Positions 1 to 10,784 of a stretch of 64,000 nt of DNA are shown here, one piece after another. The notes under the pieces were generated by a model, which did not search any database, was not told the DNA's origin, and was given only the letters and a program-made list of their open reading frames with translations. The stretch's first letter is position 1; every line of letters begins with the position of its first letter. Origin of the DNA: Nanobdellati archaeon (GTDB lineage Archaea; EX4484-52; GLR71); the NCBI GenBank assembly GCA_019429125.1, contig JAHYJO010000002.1:2695-66694 (forward strand). Reading direction: 5' to 3'. The translations under genes and the position numbers were made by a program.

Positions 1-1077
1 GAGGTTGTCAATAATGTTCCGGCTGGACTTGGTAAGAATGCAAAGCAAAAATTTTCAAGAGATGAACTTTCAGAGATTATGTCAAAGGGGGTCCGATGGA
101 CAATTGATAATGGTTTCGGGTGGAAAGGGGATGAGAAACGTCTTGAAGAGAATGGATGTATGAAAAGTGCTGATATAAATTATGTTTCTGATAATGCTTT
201 CAAGCGTGGGATGCCTCAGATTGGTAGTTTGGGTTCTGGTAATCATTTCCTTGAGGTACAGTCGGTTGATGAAATATTTGATGCTAAAACTGCAAAAGTA
301 TATGGTCTTACTGAACCTGGGCAGGTTGTCATTATGGTTCATTCTGGGTCGCGTGGTTTAGGTCATCAGGTGGCATCTGATTACTTGCGTAGTATGGAAA
401 AAAAGTATGGTATCGCTGGGCTTCCTGATAGGGAACTTATAAATGCGCCATTTTTAAGTGATTTAGGGCAGGAATATTATGGTGCTATGAGTGCGGCTGC
501 TAATTATGCATGGGTCAATAGACAGATGATGTCGCACTGGATTCGTGAAAGTTTTGCTAAAGTTTTTGAGTCTGATGCCCATGAGTTGGGTATGGATATT
601 ATTTATGATGTTGCGCATAACATTGCAAAGCGCGAGACTCATACTGTTGATGGTGAAAATATGGATGTGGTTGTGCACAGAAAAGGTGCGACACGATCAT
701 TTGCGCCGGGACGGATTGAGGTTCCTGAAATATATCGGGCTGTAGGTCAACCTGTGCTTTTGCCGGGGTCTATGGGTACATCGTCTTATATCTTGGCTGG
801 TACTGAAAAAGCTATGCAAACTACTTTCGGGTCAACTGCGCACGGTGCTGGGCGGTTGATGAGTCGGTATGCTGCAATTCAAAAATTCCGTGGTGAAACA
901 ATTAAGAAAGAACTTGAGGCAAAAGGTATAACTGTGCGTGCGGCTAGTTGGAATGGGATTTCTGAGGAAGCGCCTGGTGTTTATAAGGATGTTGATGAGG
1001 TTGTGCGTGTGAGTGATGCGGCTGGGATTGGAAAGCTTGTGGCAAAGGTTAAGCCTATGGGTGTGCTGAAAGGTTAG
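1..1077 (+). CDS. rtcB: RNA-splicing ligase RtcB, C-terminal ~360 aa; the 5' end lies outside the window
   Basis: The frame is open from nt 1. It contains the RtcB motifs GSGNHFLEVQ and HSGSRGLGHQ. Stop is a TAG at 1075-1077. Confidence 0.85.
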   Translation, partial: EVVNNVPAGLGKNAKQKFSRDELSEIMSKGVRWTIDNGFGWKGDEKRLEENGCMKSADINYVSDNAFKRGMPQIGSLGSGNHFLEVQSVDEIFDAKTAKVYGLTEPGQVVIMVHSGSRGLGHQVASDYLRSMEKKYGIAGLPDRELINAPFLSDLGQEYYGAMSAAANYAWVNRQMMSHWIRESFAKVFESDAHELGMDIIYDVAHNIAKRETHTVDGENMDVVVHRKGATRSFAPGRIEVPEIYRAVGQPVLLPGSMGTSSYILAGTEKAMQTTFGSTAHGAGRLMSRYAAIQKFRGETIKKELEAKGITVRAASWNGISEEAPGVYKDVDEVVRVSDAAGIGKLVAKVKPMGVLKG

Positions 1078-1080
1078 AGG

Positions 1081-1110
1081 TCTGTTTTTTGTTTTTATTC
1101 TTATTTTTGT
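1081..1110 (+). terminator. T-rich tract after rtcB
   Basis: TGTTTTTTGTTTTTATTCTTATTTTTG sits immediately 3' of the stop. Confidence 0.25.
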
Positions 1111-1230
1111 ATTATTTGCGAGAGCTATGTATAAATGTCATTAATTAGTAGTTATTTATCTAAAGCTTTATAAATATCAGAGTATAATATTAGTATAACT
1201 ACAATATAGTAGTTTATAATAATTGTCTGT

Positions 1231-1845
1231 TTGGTGATATATATGGTTCTTGAATTAAATGAAAATACGGTTGATGAATATACGGCTCAATTAGATAAGT
1301 GGGCATATGGTCTTGTTGAAAAAATGGAAGGTATTCCTAAACAATATGCAGAGATTACAGGTAAGGTTGCTGAAATTGATGCAAAGTTGGTTTCAGTAGG
1401 ATATGGTCCTGAATCTCAAGTTTTAAAGGATGAAAAAGCAGAATTACTTTATGGGGTATGTTTTAATTGGCGTGCAAAAAAGTTTACTGAACTTGATAAA
1501 TTAAGTGTTGAAGCAAGATACTTTCCAATTATGTTTTATAAGGTTTTAAATAATTTTGGTGTGAATGGTGGTCTTTTTGCAACTCATTTAAAATCTGAAG
1601 GTTTGTTAGATCGTTTTGTTAACCAATTGGCTGATTTGAATAACATCTCAAAGGATATTGATGAAGATACTAGATCTCAATATATTAACGAAAATAAATT
1701 TGTTCTTGATTCAGAAGCATCTTTAGAATTACCTATATTTAATTTTGATTCTGCTAAATATGAGTCTCTTTTGGCTAAAAAGATAGGTTTAAGTCCTGAG
1801 GTATATGAGTCTATTTCAGCACAAAATATGGAAAAACAAGATTAA
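1231..1845 (+). CDS. hypothetical protein
   Basis: 204-aa ORF with no motif I recognise. Coding-like composition. Confidence 0.4.
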   Translation: MVIYMVLELNENTVDEYTAQLDKWAYGLVEKMEGIPKQYAEITGKVAEIDAKLVSVGYGPESQVLKDEKAELLYGVCFNWRAKKFTELDKLSVEARYFPIMFYKVLNNFGVNGGLFATHLKSEGLLDRFVNQLADLNNISKDIDEDTRSQYINENKFVLDSEASLELPIFNFDSAKYESLLAKKIGLSPEVYESISAQNMEKQD

Positions 1846-1858
1846 TATTTTTTCTTTT

Positions 1859-2275
1859 TTATTCTAATTTCTTCAAAAATTCAAGCACAATTGGATGGAT
1901 TGATATCATGAAATAGTTTGTGACGTCTTTTGGGTTTATCCATTTAAGTTCTTTAAAATCGTGCATTTGTGTTTCTTCTGTTGCGCAATTTGTGCAAAAA
2001 TATATAGATATTATTTTTCTGTTTTCAGGATAGGTCTTGGCGTGGATAATCTGTTTTATGTCAATGTTAAGTCCTGTTTTTTCTTTTACTGTCTTTTTCA
2101 GCGACTCTTCAAGATCTTGGCTTCCTGCTTTTCCGCCTATGAAGGTCCAGCTGAGTTCTTCTATGTTCGGGTCGTTCTTTCTCAAACCTATCAGTATCTT
2201 TTTTGTTTCTGTATTGTAGACTATAGCCTGAAGAGTTACAAGGAACTGGCCGTCTTGAAGATTTTCTAGAGTCAT
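1859..2275 (-). CDS. Nudix-like hydrolase (degenerate Nudix box)
   Basis: The segment GGKAGSQDLEESLKKTVKEKTGL resembles the Nudix box GGK.E.GE..EEAL.RE..EE.G but is one residue short. Confidence 0.4.
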   Translation of the reverse strand: MTLENLQDGQFLVTLQAIVYNTETKKILIGLRKNDPNIEELSWTFIGGKAGSQDLEESLKKTVKEKTGLNIDIKQIIHAKTYPENRKIISIYFCTNCATEETQMHDFKELKWINPKDVTNYFMISIHPIVLEFLKKLE

Positions 2276-2505
2276 ATGTTAATATTGATTTTTAATTTTA
2301 AAAAAGGGTGTGTTGATTAGTTCTATGTGGAAGTAAGTTGTATCTGAGTTATATTTTTATCTTTTTCTTTCTTCTTATAAATAAACAGACAAAAATATTA
2401 AATAGTAGCGGGTTCAATAATAATTTATAATAACTGAACAAATAAATATATAAATATTTTTTTAAACATTTATTTACATATATTTTTCTTTAAAATGGTG
2501 TTAGT

Positions 2506-3495
2506 ATGGAAGACAAAGAAATTAAGGCGCTGAATAAACGCGCAAGTGAATATTCCAATGATATTGATGCGGTGGTTGCGCAGATAACTAAAGTTGTGGT
2601 CGGACAGTCTGCGGTTGTTGATAGAATAATGATATCACTTATCGCAAACGGACACATACTTTTAGAAGGTTTGCCTGGTCTTGCTAAAACACTTATGATT
2701 AAGACATTATCTGACACGGTTGATGCAAGCTTTAACAGGATACAGTTTACACCAGATATACTTCCCGCAGACATTGTAGGAACTAAGATATATAATCAGA
2801 ATAATGCTACATTTTCTACTAAAAAAGGTCCTATATTTGCTAATTTTATATTGGCTGATGAAATAAATCGTGCACCTCCTAAGGCGCAGTCTGCACTTCT
2901 TGAGGCTATGCAAGAAAGACAGGTGACAATTTCTGGCGAGACGTATCCGTTGTCTAAACCGTTCCTGGTGCTCGCTACACAGAACCCGCTTGAGACTCAA
3001 GGTACATATTCACTTCCTGAAGCGCAAGTGGACAGGTTCATGTTCAAGGTTAACGTCAAATATCCAAATGAGGAAGAAGAGAAAGAGATAATATCTCGGA
3101 TGACAGGATCTAAAGTACCGTCTGTTATAAAAGTCATAACTCCTGCAAAAATTATTGAGATGCAGAAGCTGTGCCATCAAATATATCTTGATGATAAGGT
3201 ACGGGACTTTATTGTGAGTATTGTTTTTGCCACTCGTGATCCTAAAAAGTACGGGCTTGAGATTGATAATCTTATTGAGTATGGAGCATCACCTCGTGCT
3301 TCAATCTGGCTTACTTTAGGGGCTAAGGCGCATGCATTACTTCAGGGACGAGGTTATGTGATTCCTGATGACGTCAAGGAGATTGCGGCTGATGTGTTGA
3401 GGCACAGGATTATACTTACTTATGAAGCTGAGGCCGAAGGTGTTAGTACGGATAATCTGGTCAAGATGATACTTTCAAAGGTTACGTCGCCTTGA
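2506..3495 (+). CDS. MoxR-family AAA+ ATPase
   Basis: Walker A LLEGLPGLAKT, Walker B ILADEINRA, and the MoxR-type C-terminal helical domain. Confidence 0.9.
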   Translation: MEDKEIKALNKRASEYSNDIDAVVAQITKVVVGQSAVVDRIMISLIANGHILLEGLPGLAKTLMIKTLSDTVDASFNRIQFTPDILPADIVGTKIYNQNNATFSTKKGPIFANFILADEINRAPPKAQSALLEAMQERQVTISGETYPLSKPFLVLATQNPLETQGTYSLPEAQVDRFMFKVNVKYPNEEEEKEIISRMTGSKVPSVIKVITPAKIIEMQKLCHQIYLDDKVRDFIVSIVFATRDPKKYGLEIDNLIEYGASPRASIWLTLGAKAHALLQGRGYVIPDDVKEIAADVLRHRIILTYEAEAEGVSTDNLVKMILSKVTSP

Positions 3496-3566
3496 GGTTT
3501 TTGATTTTTTAATTCAGTGTTTTGTTTGTGTAATATAATTTTATAATTTGTATGGTGCGCGTTTGT

Positions 3567-4484
3567 ATGGATGATTTTCAACAAGATAAGAAAGAAGATG
3601 TAAAGGATGTATTAAAGTCTGCAAGAGATATAGGTTTGTCATTTAGGAAATTATCAGATAGCAGGATACATGGAGCGCACATGTCTATGTTTAAGGGTCG
3701 AGGTCTTGAATTTAGTGAGATTCGTGGTTATGTCCCGGGAGATGATGTACGAGCTATTGACTGGAACGTGACTGCGCGGTTTGGGCATCCTTTTGTCAAG
3801 GATTTTGTCGAAGAACGTGACATGACTGTTTATCTTGTTGTTGATATCTCAGGGTCTTTTGATTTTGGGACACAGGATTCTTTTAAGAGGATGGCTGCTG
3901 CAAAGATTTGCGCTTCAGTTGCTTTAAGTGCTATAAAAAATAATGATTCTATCGGGCTTGTACTTTTTTCTGATAGGGTTGAGAAATGTATTCATCCGTC
4001 AAAAGGTAAGAAACATATGATGCGCATAGTTTCTGAGATTGTATCTTTTGAGTCTAAGTCGCGGGGTACTGGGCTTAAGGCACCGTTAGGGTTTCTTTCA
4101 AATGTGATAAAGCAGAAGTCAATCTTATTTTTGATATCTGATTTCATGGATGATGTCAGGGATTATTCGCGCGAGCTTGGGTATCTTTCAAAAGAGAATG
4201 ATGTTATTGCTGTCGATTTTTATGATGCGCGTGAGGTCAGTATTCCTGATGTGGGTCTAATTGAACTTGAGGATGAAGAGACTGGTGAGCAGATGTTGGT
4301 TGATACGTCTGATTCGTCATTTCGCGCTGATTTTGAAGAGCATGTGTGTGCGGACAGGGAAAGGTTGATTAGATTTATGCGCAAGAAACGGATTGATTAT
4401 GTGTCTGTGTCTACAACTGATGACGGTAGCTCTAAGATTTCCGGGCTTCTTAAGATGCGGGTCAAACGGAGGTTATTTGTATGA
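3567..4484 (+). CDS. DUF58 protein (MoxR partner, vWA-like)
   Basis: The conserved DUF58 block GRGLEFSEIRGYVPGDDVRAIDWNVTAR is present. The ORF track starts it at 3552; I moved the start to the ATG at 3567 on the basis of the GGTG spacing. Confidence 0.85.
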   Translation: MDDFQQDKKEDVKDVLKSARDIGLSFRKLSDSRIHGAHMSMFKGRGLEFSEIRGYVPGDDVRAIDWNVTARFGHPFVKDFVEERDMTVYLVVDISGSFDFGTQDSFKRMAAAKICASVALSAIKNNDSIGLVLFSDRVEKCIHPSKGKKHMMRIVSEIVSFESKSRGTGLKAPLGFLSNVIKQKSILFLISDFMDDVRDYSRELGYLSKENDVIAVDFYDAREVSIPDVGLIELEDEETGEQMLVDTSDSSFRADFEEHVCADRERLIRFMRKKRIDYVSVSTTDDGSSKISGLLKMRVKRRLFV

Positions 4485-5155
4485 TTGGATTTTTAGTGGA
4501 ACCATTGTCACAGGTACCATGGCTGTATGTTTTTTGTATATTGCTTGTCTCAGTAGTTTCGGTAATATTTCATTCTAAGATGACAGGGCTTGATGTCTGG
4601 CGCGAGATTTCAGTTGTTGTACGGGGTGTGGTATATATTGTTCTATTTTCATTGATTGTATTTTCGACGGTGGGTCTATTAAAATATGCAAGTTATTTGA
4701 AAATTGATATTATGCAACTTTCAGTTTTTGAATTTTTTGTAGTGTCTATCATTGCAACAATATTTATTTCTTGGAAATCGTTGTTTTTAGATGTTAAGAG
4801 TTCAGAGATAAGTATATTGAGGTTTTTGAAGTCGATACCTTACATGTTAAGGCAGGTGCTGTTACTATTATCTTTGTCTTTTATTGTGTACTTGTATAGT
4901 CCTGAACGTGGTATCTTTGCTATCATTGTTGCTGTTGTTCCTGTAAATATACTATATCATCTTTATCGTCTGGGTATTATTGATAAAGTGTTTGTTAAAT
5001 CTATAGATTGGCTTGACCGTGTTGATAATGTTATTGATAAAGTGTTTGGTATTGTGTCTCTTGATTCTGGGAAAGATAAGACTAAAAATGATAAAGTCAA
5101 TAATAATGATAATACTAAGTATAAACATAATAGCAAATGGGGGTCTAAGAAATGA
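4481..5155 (+). CDS. hypothetical polytopic membrane protein within the MoxR operon
   Basis: Several hydrophobic segments and a Lys/Asn-rich tail. Its stop overlaps the start of the next gene. Confidence 0.5.
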   Translation: MIGFLVEPLSQVPWLYVFCILLVSVVSVIFHSKMTGLDVWREISVVVRGVVYIVLFSLIVFSTVGLLKYASYLKIDIMQLSVFEFFVVSIIATIFISWKSLFLDVKSSEISILRFLKSIPYMLRQVLLLLSLSFIVYLYSPERGIFAIIVAVVPVNILYHLYRLGIIDKVFVKSIDWLDRVDNVIDKVFGIVSLDSGKDKTKNDKVNNNDNTKYKHNSKWGSKK

Positions 5156-6099
5156 ATTTTGCCAATCCTTCGTATCTTGTATTGTTTGCGCTTTTACCTT
5201 TAATCTATTACATCTATATGTCTGGGCAGAGGAAAAAGAACATGTCTGCGATAAAATTCTCTAACCTGTCACTTATTCGTAGGTCTGTCAAGCCGTCTGT
5301 GTCGGTTAAGCGGAATAGGATAATTTTTGTTGTTGAATTTATGATACTTATCGCTCTTATATTTGCGCTCGCTGATCCGCAGATTGAACTCATGCATAAA
5401 GGAGAGGGTGTGAATGTCGTTCTTGCGCTTGATGTGTCGGGGTCTATGTCTGCAATGGATTATCAGCCGACAAGGATGGAAGCGTCAAAAGTTAGTGCGC
5501 GTACATTTATTGAAAGTCTTGAGCCAAATGATAGGGCGGGTATTGTCATTTTTTCTGAAGGTGCTACTACGCAGTCGTTTTTGACACCGTCGCGTGAGAG
5601 AACACTTACTAATCTTGAGGCTGTCTCTGTCAGTCAAGGCAGGACTGCAATTGGTGACGGGCTTGCGCTTGCGGTTGATATGGTTACATCTGTGCCTAGT
5701 AAGAAAAAGGTTGTTATATTTTTGAGTGATGGCGTGAACAATGCAGGTGTGATAACTCCTCTTGAGGCAATTGGTTTTGCAAAAGAGCAGGACATTCAAG
5801 TATATACGGTCGGTATGGGTTCAAATGATGCTGTAATATTGGGGTATGACTGGTTTGGACGACCGCAGTATGCTGAGTTTGATGAGGCTACGCTCAAAAA
5901 GATTGCTGAAGATACTGGTGGGGATTATTTCAAGTCGGTCGATACTGAGACATTAAATGATATATACACGACATTGTCTGAAAAGATTGAACGAAAAGAA
6001 GAGCCGACAAGTACTATGATTTGGTTTATCATTTTGAGTTTTGCGCTTATGTTGTGTGATTTTTATATCAGGCAGGTCAAGTACAGGGTTGTATCCTGA
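5152..6099 (+). CDS. von Willebrand factor A protein, BatA-like
   Basis: N-terminal TM segment, MIDAS motif LALDVSGSMSAMD, and a C-terminal TM segment. Confidence 0.85.
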   Translation: MNFANPSYLVLFALLPLIYYIYMSGQRKKNMSAIKFSNLSLIRRSVKPSVSVKRNRIIFVVEFMILIALIFALADPQIELMHKGEGVNVVLALDVSGSMSAMDYQPTRMEASKVSARTFIESLEPNDRAGIVIFSEGATTQSFLTPSRERTLTNLEAVSVSQGRTAIGDGLALAVDMVTSVPSKKKVVIFLSDGVNNAGVITPLEAIGFAKEQDIQVYTVGMGSNDAVILGYDWFGRPQYAEFDEATLKKIAEDTGGDYFKSVDTETLNDIYTTLSEKIERKEEPTSTMIWFIILSFALMLCDFYIRQVKYRVVS

Positions 6100-6119
6100 T
6101 TTAAGTTTATGGTGTTTTT

Positions 6120-7982
6120 GTGACTGTGCGTTATTCTTTTGTTTCAGTGTCTGTATGTTTTGTCTTATTATTATCTTTATTGTCTGGTGTGGGATATGCT
6201 TTGGATGTGCTTTCAGTTGAAAAGATGGTTCAGACATCTAAGGTCAATTCTGGTGATACTGTAAAGATACTTCTAAATATTAGTAATCCGTTCGGTACTG
6301 CGCTTGAGATTAAGGTTCGTGACAATAATTCTGTTGGTGGTAGTACTGTTGACACTGTCTGTCAGCAGGCTGGTATTTCGGCAGGTTCTGGAATTGCTGA
6401 GTATATGGATATTCAGGCGTTTATGCCGGGGAACTATACGCTTGGTGTAATTGAAGTCAAATACACTAATCCTGTCACGGGTCAGGTTGAGGTTGTAAAA
6501 AGTAAAGATAAAGTTGTTGTTGAGGTATTGGGCAGTCCTGGTAATGTTCTCCAGTCATCTACACAGACTATTATGAATTGTCAGTTTGAGGGTGAAGATG
6601 AACAGCAACAACAACAAGAGCAGGAGGAGTCTTCTGAGGAAGAAGAATCCATAATTGATAAGATAAAAGATCTGATGCAGAAGGCTGAGGAAGAGAAACA
6701 AAAGGCTGAGGCTGAGAAAAAGGCGCAGGAGCAGCCACAGCAGCAGAGCCAGGCACAGCAGAAACTCGCGTCATCACGGCAGTTATCATCACAGAATATG
6801 CAGTCTGTTAAAGATGGGCTTGAAAAACAGGCTCAAGAAATGCAAAAACAGTTGGAGGAAGAGCTTGACAAGGTGCTGTCTGAGGATAAGGATTTCAAAG
6901 AGATGGAGGAGTCTCTAAAAGAATATGGGTATGAGCTTGACTCTAAAGATGTGCCGTCACTTAAAAATAATGAGACTAATTTTACTTATGATTATAAGAA
7001 CGAGGTGGGTGATAAGGCGTCAATATCTGGAAATATGCGTGATGGTGAAGTATCAGATCTTAAGAAGATGAGCGCTGAAGATCAGAAACAGTTGGAATCA
7101 GGTCTTGAGAATGATTCTGAGTTTCAGGAGATGAAACAGGAGCTTCAGGAACAGGGTTATGAGATGGATTCGACCGAGTTTGATGGTCTTGATGCCGATA
7201 ACAAAACTGATTTTACGTCGTCTTTTAAGAAACCAGATGGCAAGACTGCAAACATTACTGGGTCTATGCAAAATGGTAAACTGAGTGATATGGGGCACTT
7301 GTCTGATGATGATATTTTAAATATTAAAGATGCATTAGAAAATTCATCTGAGTATCAGGATTTAAAAGAAGAGCTTGAAGCAAAAAATATATCAATGCCA
7401 GAGGATTTGAAGGTTGAGCCTATCAAGAATGGTGAGACTGAGGTGACTCAAGGTAATATGACTGCTAAGGTCTCTGTATCTGGGAACGAGATTGATATAC
7501 TTGATATTGATTTTGATGACGGCAAGACTTTGATGGATAAGGTTAAGTATCCGTTATTGGTCTTGATATTTTTGATAATTAGCGCGTCATATTATCTTTA
7601 TAAGAAGCGTGAGGCGCTGGTTTCAGCTATTGTTGATAATGTTCCTGTGGCACGAGTGCGCAAGGTAAATCCTAAAAAAGATGCACTTAAGATGCTTTTA
7701 GAGGCTGAAAGATTGTTTGAGGCTGGAGATATGAAAGAGGCTTATACTAAAGTGTCTTTTGCGGTCAGGTTTTATTTCAGGTATACTATTGATGCTGCGG
7801 GTAGTCGTGAGTTGACTAGCATTGAGGTTATTCGGCTTTTGAAAGGTGAGAGTTATAAGGGTATCTCAAAGGTTAAGGAATGTTTCTCTATGTGTGACCT
7901 TGTTAAGTTTGCAAAGTATAAGCCTAACAAGACTGATTTTGGTAAGATGGTTGGGCTTGGGAAAGAGATTGTTGAGAAGTGA
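6120..7982 (+). CDS. large secreted / membrane-anchored repeat protein in the Bat-like operon (possibly BatD-like)
   Basis: Signal-peptide-like N-terminus, an acidic QQQQEQEE/EEEKQKAEAEKK stretch, three imperfect ~65-aa repeats (..EYGYELDS.. / ..EQGYEMDS..), a TM helix near residue 480, then a ~130-aa C-terminal domain. Confidence 0.55.
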   Translation: MTVRYSFVSVSVCFVLLLSLLSGVGYALDVLSVEKMVQTSKVNSGDTVKILLNISNPFGTALEIKVRDNNSVGGSTVDTVCQQAGISAGSGIAEYMDIQAFMPGNYTLGVIEVKYTNPVTGQVEVVKSKDKVVVEVLGSPGNVLQSSTQTIMNCQFEGEDEQQQQQEQEESSEEEESIIDKIKDLMQKAEEEKQKAEAEKKAQEQPQQQSQAQQKLASSRQLSSQNMQSVKDGLEKQAQEMQKQLEEELDKVLSEDKDFKEMEESLKEYGYELDSKDVPSLKNNETNFTYDYKNEVGDKASISGNMRDGEVSDLKKMSAEDQKQLESGLENDSEFQEMKQELQEQGYEMDSTEFDGLDADNKTDFTSSFKKPDGKTANITGSMQNGKLSDMGHLSDDDILNIKDALENSSEYQDLKEELEAKNISMPEDLKVEPIKNGETEVTQGNMTAKVSVSGNEIDILDIDFDDGKTLMDKVKYPLLVLIFLIISASYYLYKKREALVSAIVDNVPVARVRKVNPKKDALKMLLEAERLFEAGDMKEAYTKVSFAVRFYFRYTIDAAGSRELTSIEVIRLLKGESYKGISKVKECFSMCDLVKFAKYKPNKTDFGKMVGLGKEIVEK

Positions 7983-7998
7983 GATTATTTTTTAATTG

Positions 7999-8490
7999 TT
8001 ATCTTTTTTCCTTTTCTTCCAGGATTTTTTCTATATGGTACAGATTTACGATGTCTTCTTTGTTGTATTCTAGAAGTTTAGTGAGTGAGTTGTTACATCC
8101 GCACTGGTAGCGTCTCCAGAGACGAACTGCTTCTCTACCGTCTGAGATTCCAGAGTCGCGGGATATACCTAAGATGTTTTCTATTTTTTTCAGGCCACCT
8201 GTTAGGTTATGTTTCCTGCAGGTGTACATAAGGTCGTGGTGTTCTGCGCTATTGAAGTCTATGTTTGGGAACTTGTGCGCAAGAAATGGGATGTCAAAGC
8301 GTTTTCCGTTGAAGGTGACCATGTTTTTAGCTTTTTTAATTACATCATTTAAGTTGTCTTCAGTCATGTCTATGCCGTTTACAAACTGGATGACTTCGTC
8401 ACCTGTGTAGATGCCTATTACTGTCACGCTGTTTCTTTCACGGCTTAGACCTGTAGTTTCGATGTCTATGTATTGCTTTATGGGAATCAC
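7999..8490 (-). CDS. RNase H-like 3'-5' exonuclease (DEDD / YprB-like)
   Basis: Exo I-like DIETTGL and Exo II-like FNGKRFDIPFL motifs, in a 163-aa single domain. Confidence 0.6.
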   Translation of the reverse strand: MIPIKQYIDIETTGLSRERNSVTVIGIYTGDEVIQFVNGIDMTEDNLNDVIKKAKNMVTFNGKRFDIPFLAHKFPNIDFNSAEHHDLMYTCRKHNLTGGLKKIENILGISRDSGISDGREAVRLWRRYQCGCNNSLTKLLEYNKEDIVNLYHIEKILEEKEKR

Positions 8491-8594
8491 ACTTTTGTTA
8501 TTTAGTGATTGTTGTTTTTAAGTTTATTTTATGAGATGCTTACAAATATTTTTGGTGATATAATTTAAGAAGGTATACTGGTGATAATTTGAAA

Positions 8595-9717
8595 ATGTGC
8601 GCAGAGGATAAACAACTAATTGTTGGAAAATCAATTGAATCCAATAATAAATATAATGTAATTGATTTATTTTCGGGATGTGGGGGTTTAAGTCTAGGGT
8701 TCTCTGATGCTGGATTTAATATTGTTCTATCAAATGAACTAAATCAAGATGTTGCAAATAAATAAATTCATAATTTAATACAAAAACGAAAACATAACAC
8801 TACAATGTTGGTTGGTGATATTGTGAAATTGTCAAATTCTCGTATAAAAAATAATTGGGGGTACTAAGATACATTTGGTGGTGGCAGGATCCCCATGTCA
8901 AGGTTTTTCGTTAGCAGGTAGACGAAATATTAATGATTCTAGAAATAAACTTTTTAAGGAATTAGTTCGAGTTGTTAAAGATTTAAATCCACCTGTTTTT
9001 TTAATGGAAAATGTTAAAGATATATTGACAATGGATAACGTTAAAGTTATTAAAGAGATTGAAAATCAATTTTAGGAGTTAGGATATTATATAAATATAA
9101 AAGTATTTAATGCATCAAATTTTGGAGTTCCTCAAAATAGGGAACGTGTTTTTATTATCGGTACGAAAATATTTACGAAGGATATATATCCCTCTGGCAA
9201 AAAACAGGTAATAAGTACTAGGGAGGCTATAGGTGATTTAGATTTTCTTGATGCTTCTGAATTTTCAACAAGTTATCAAAAACCTATTGGATCTGAATAT
9301 CAAAAGGTTATGAGAGTGGATACAAATATTTTATTTAATCATAAGGTTGCTAATCATACAAAAACAGTAATTGATAGATTTTCTTATCTTAATAAAGGAT
9401 AGAGTGCTGAAGATTTACCTGAAGAAATAAAAACAAAAAAAAGAAGTTTATATCGGCTAGATTCTAAAAAATCATCCAGAAATGTTGTTACATTGCCAGA
9501 TGATTATGTACATTATTTAAAAAATAGAATATTAACTGTAAGAGAAATGGCGAGATTGCAATCATTTCCTGATTGGTTTGAATCTCAAGAACCTAAATCT
9601 ACTAGAGAACCTCGGCGTAAGTTTGATGTTCCCTCAATATTTTCAAGTAGGTAATGCTGTTCCACCTTTGTTGGCTAAAGCTGTTGGGTTATCAATATTT
9701 AAACATTTGGAAAAGTA
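8595..9717 (+). pseudogene. DNA cytosine-5 methyltransferase, disrupted by stops and frameshifts
   Basis: Motif I FSGCGGLSLGF is followed by a TAA at 8762-8764. Motif IV PCQGFS and motif VI ENV sit in a second frame (8875-9075). Motif VIII QNRERVF and the C-terminal GNAVPPLLAKAVG block are in further frames and carry internal stops. Confidence 0.8.
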
Positions 9718-9958
9718 GTATTCTGAATAATACATCATCATATTTATATATTTTCTAAGATATTTAGTGGTTAATGGAAAGTATTATAGAATTTTTAAGA
9801 AAACAAGTAGTTGAATCTTTATTTAAAACACCTACTGTCAAGAAGTGTTGAGGTTTATGGAATTTAAAAATAGATTCTATAACGGATGGAAATCGTACGT
9901 CCTATTATTTTTGATTTGGGTGATACTCTTTCAGATATTTTTAGGTCTACTTTAACTA

Positions 9959-10714
9959 GTGAACGTAATCAAGGTTCCGTTTCGGGAGGGGTACTGTTTG
10001 GGAATCACTTGTATGTTGGTATATGAATCTTTGTTTGATTGGGACGAGAGTTGTTGTAATCAAACAAAAAAGAGAGTTAATTCCGGAATTAATTCGAAAT
10101 GCAATTCAAGTAAATTATGGTCCTTTTCCATCAATACCGAATCTTATTTGTCAGTAATTGTCTTTCCTAACGATGGTATATTTACTGAAGATGTAAGTGA
10201 TAATACTTCTTTGATTAATGAAATTGAATCTATTGTTCCAATTCAAAAGCATGGTAAATTTAATTGTAAAGAGATTATAGATGTTTTACTTAATATACAT
10301 ATTCATGAATTTGAACTTGGTATTATTCAATGTAAAACAAATTGGAATGATAATGCACAAATTCCTATGTTGTAGGATATGGTATATGCCTCTGCTGGAT
10401 TTTCTAATCCAAAGATTTCTGTAGGGTCTAATGGACGTTCGATTAAATATTTTAAAAATTTTACTTATTCTTTTGTAACTGTACTAACTAGTAGGGGTCC
10501 ATTTAAAGTGAATAGTACGCCTGTAAGACGCGTATGTAATTTATCTGGCTGGAATTATTGGGGAAAACCAACAAGTAATTCTGTTGCGTTTTCAGTTAAA
10601 GAAATTTTCTTAAAAAATTATAGAAGTGGCATTCCTAAAAATTTTATAAATCATCTTACAAAGGAATTAAATAAAATAGATACAGAATATTCTTATTTTT
10701 TTCCTGAATTGTAG
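9959..10714 (+). pseudogene. hypothetical ORF interrupted by an in-frame TAG (possibly the decayed restriction partner of the adjacent MTase)
   Basis: ORFs 9959-10375 and 10379-10714 are in the same frame, separated only by the TAG at 10376-10378. TAG is a genuine stop elsewhere in this window (rtcB). Confidence 0.3.
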
Positions 10715-10784
10715 GGGTTATGAGATTTATATTTAATTTAATATTATTTTTTTTAAAGTCTATATCTTGGTAAATATTTAGTCT

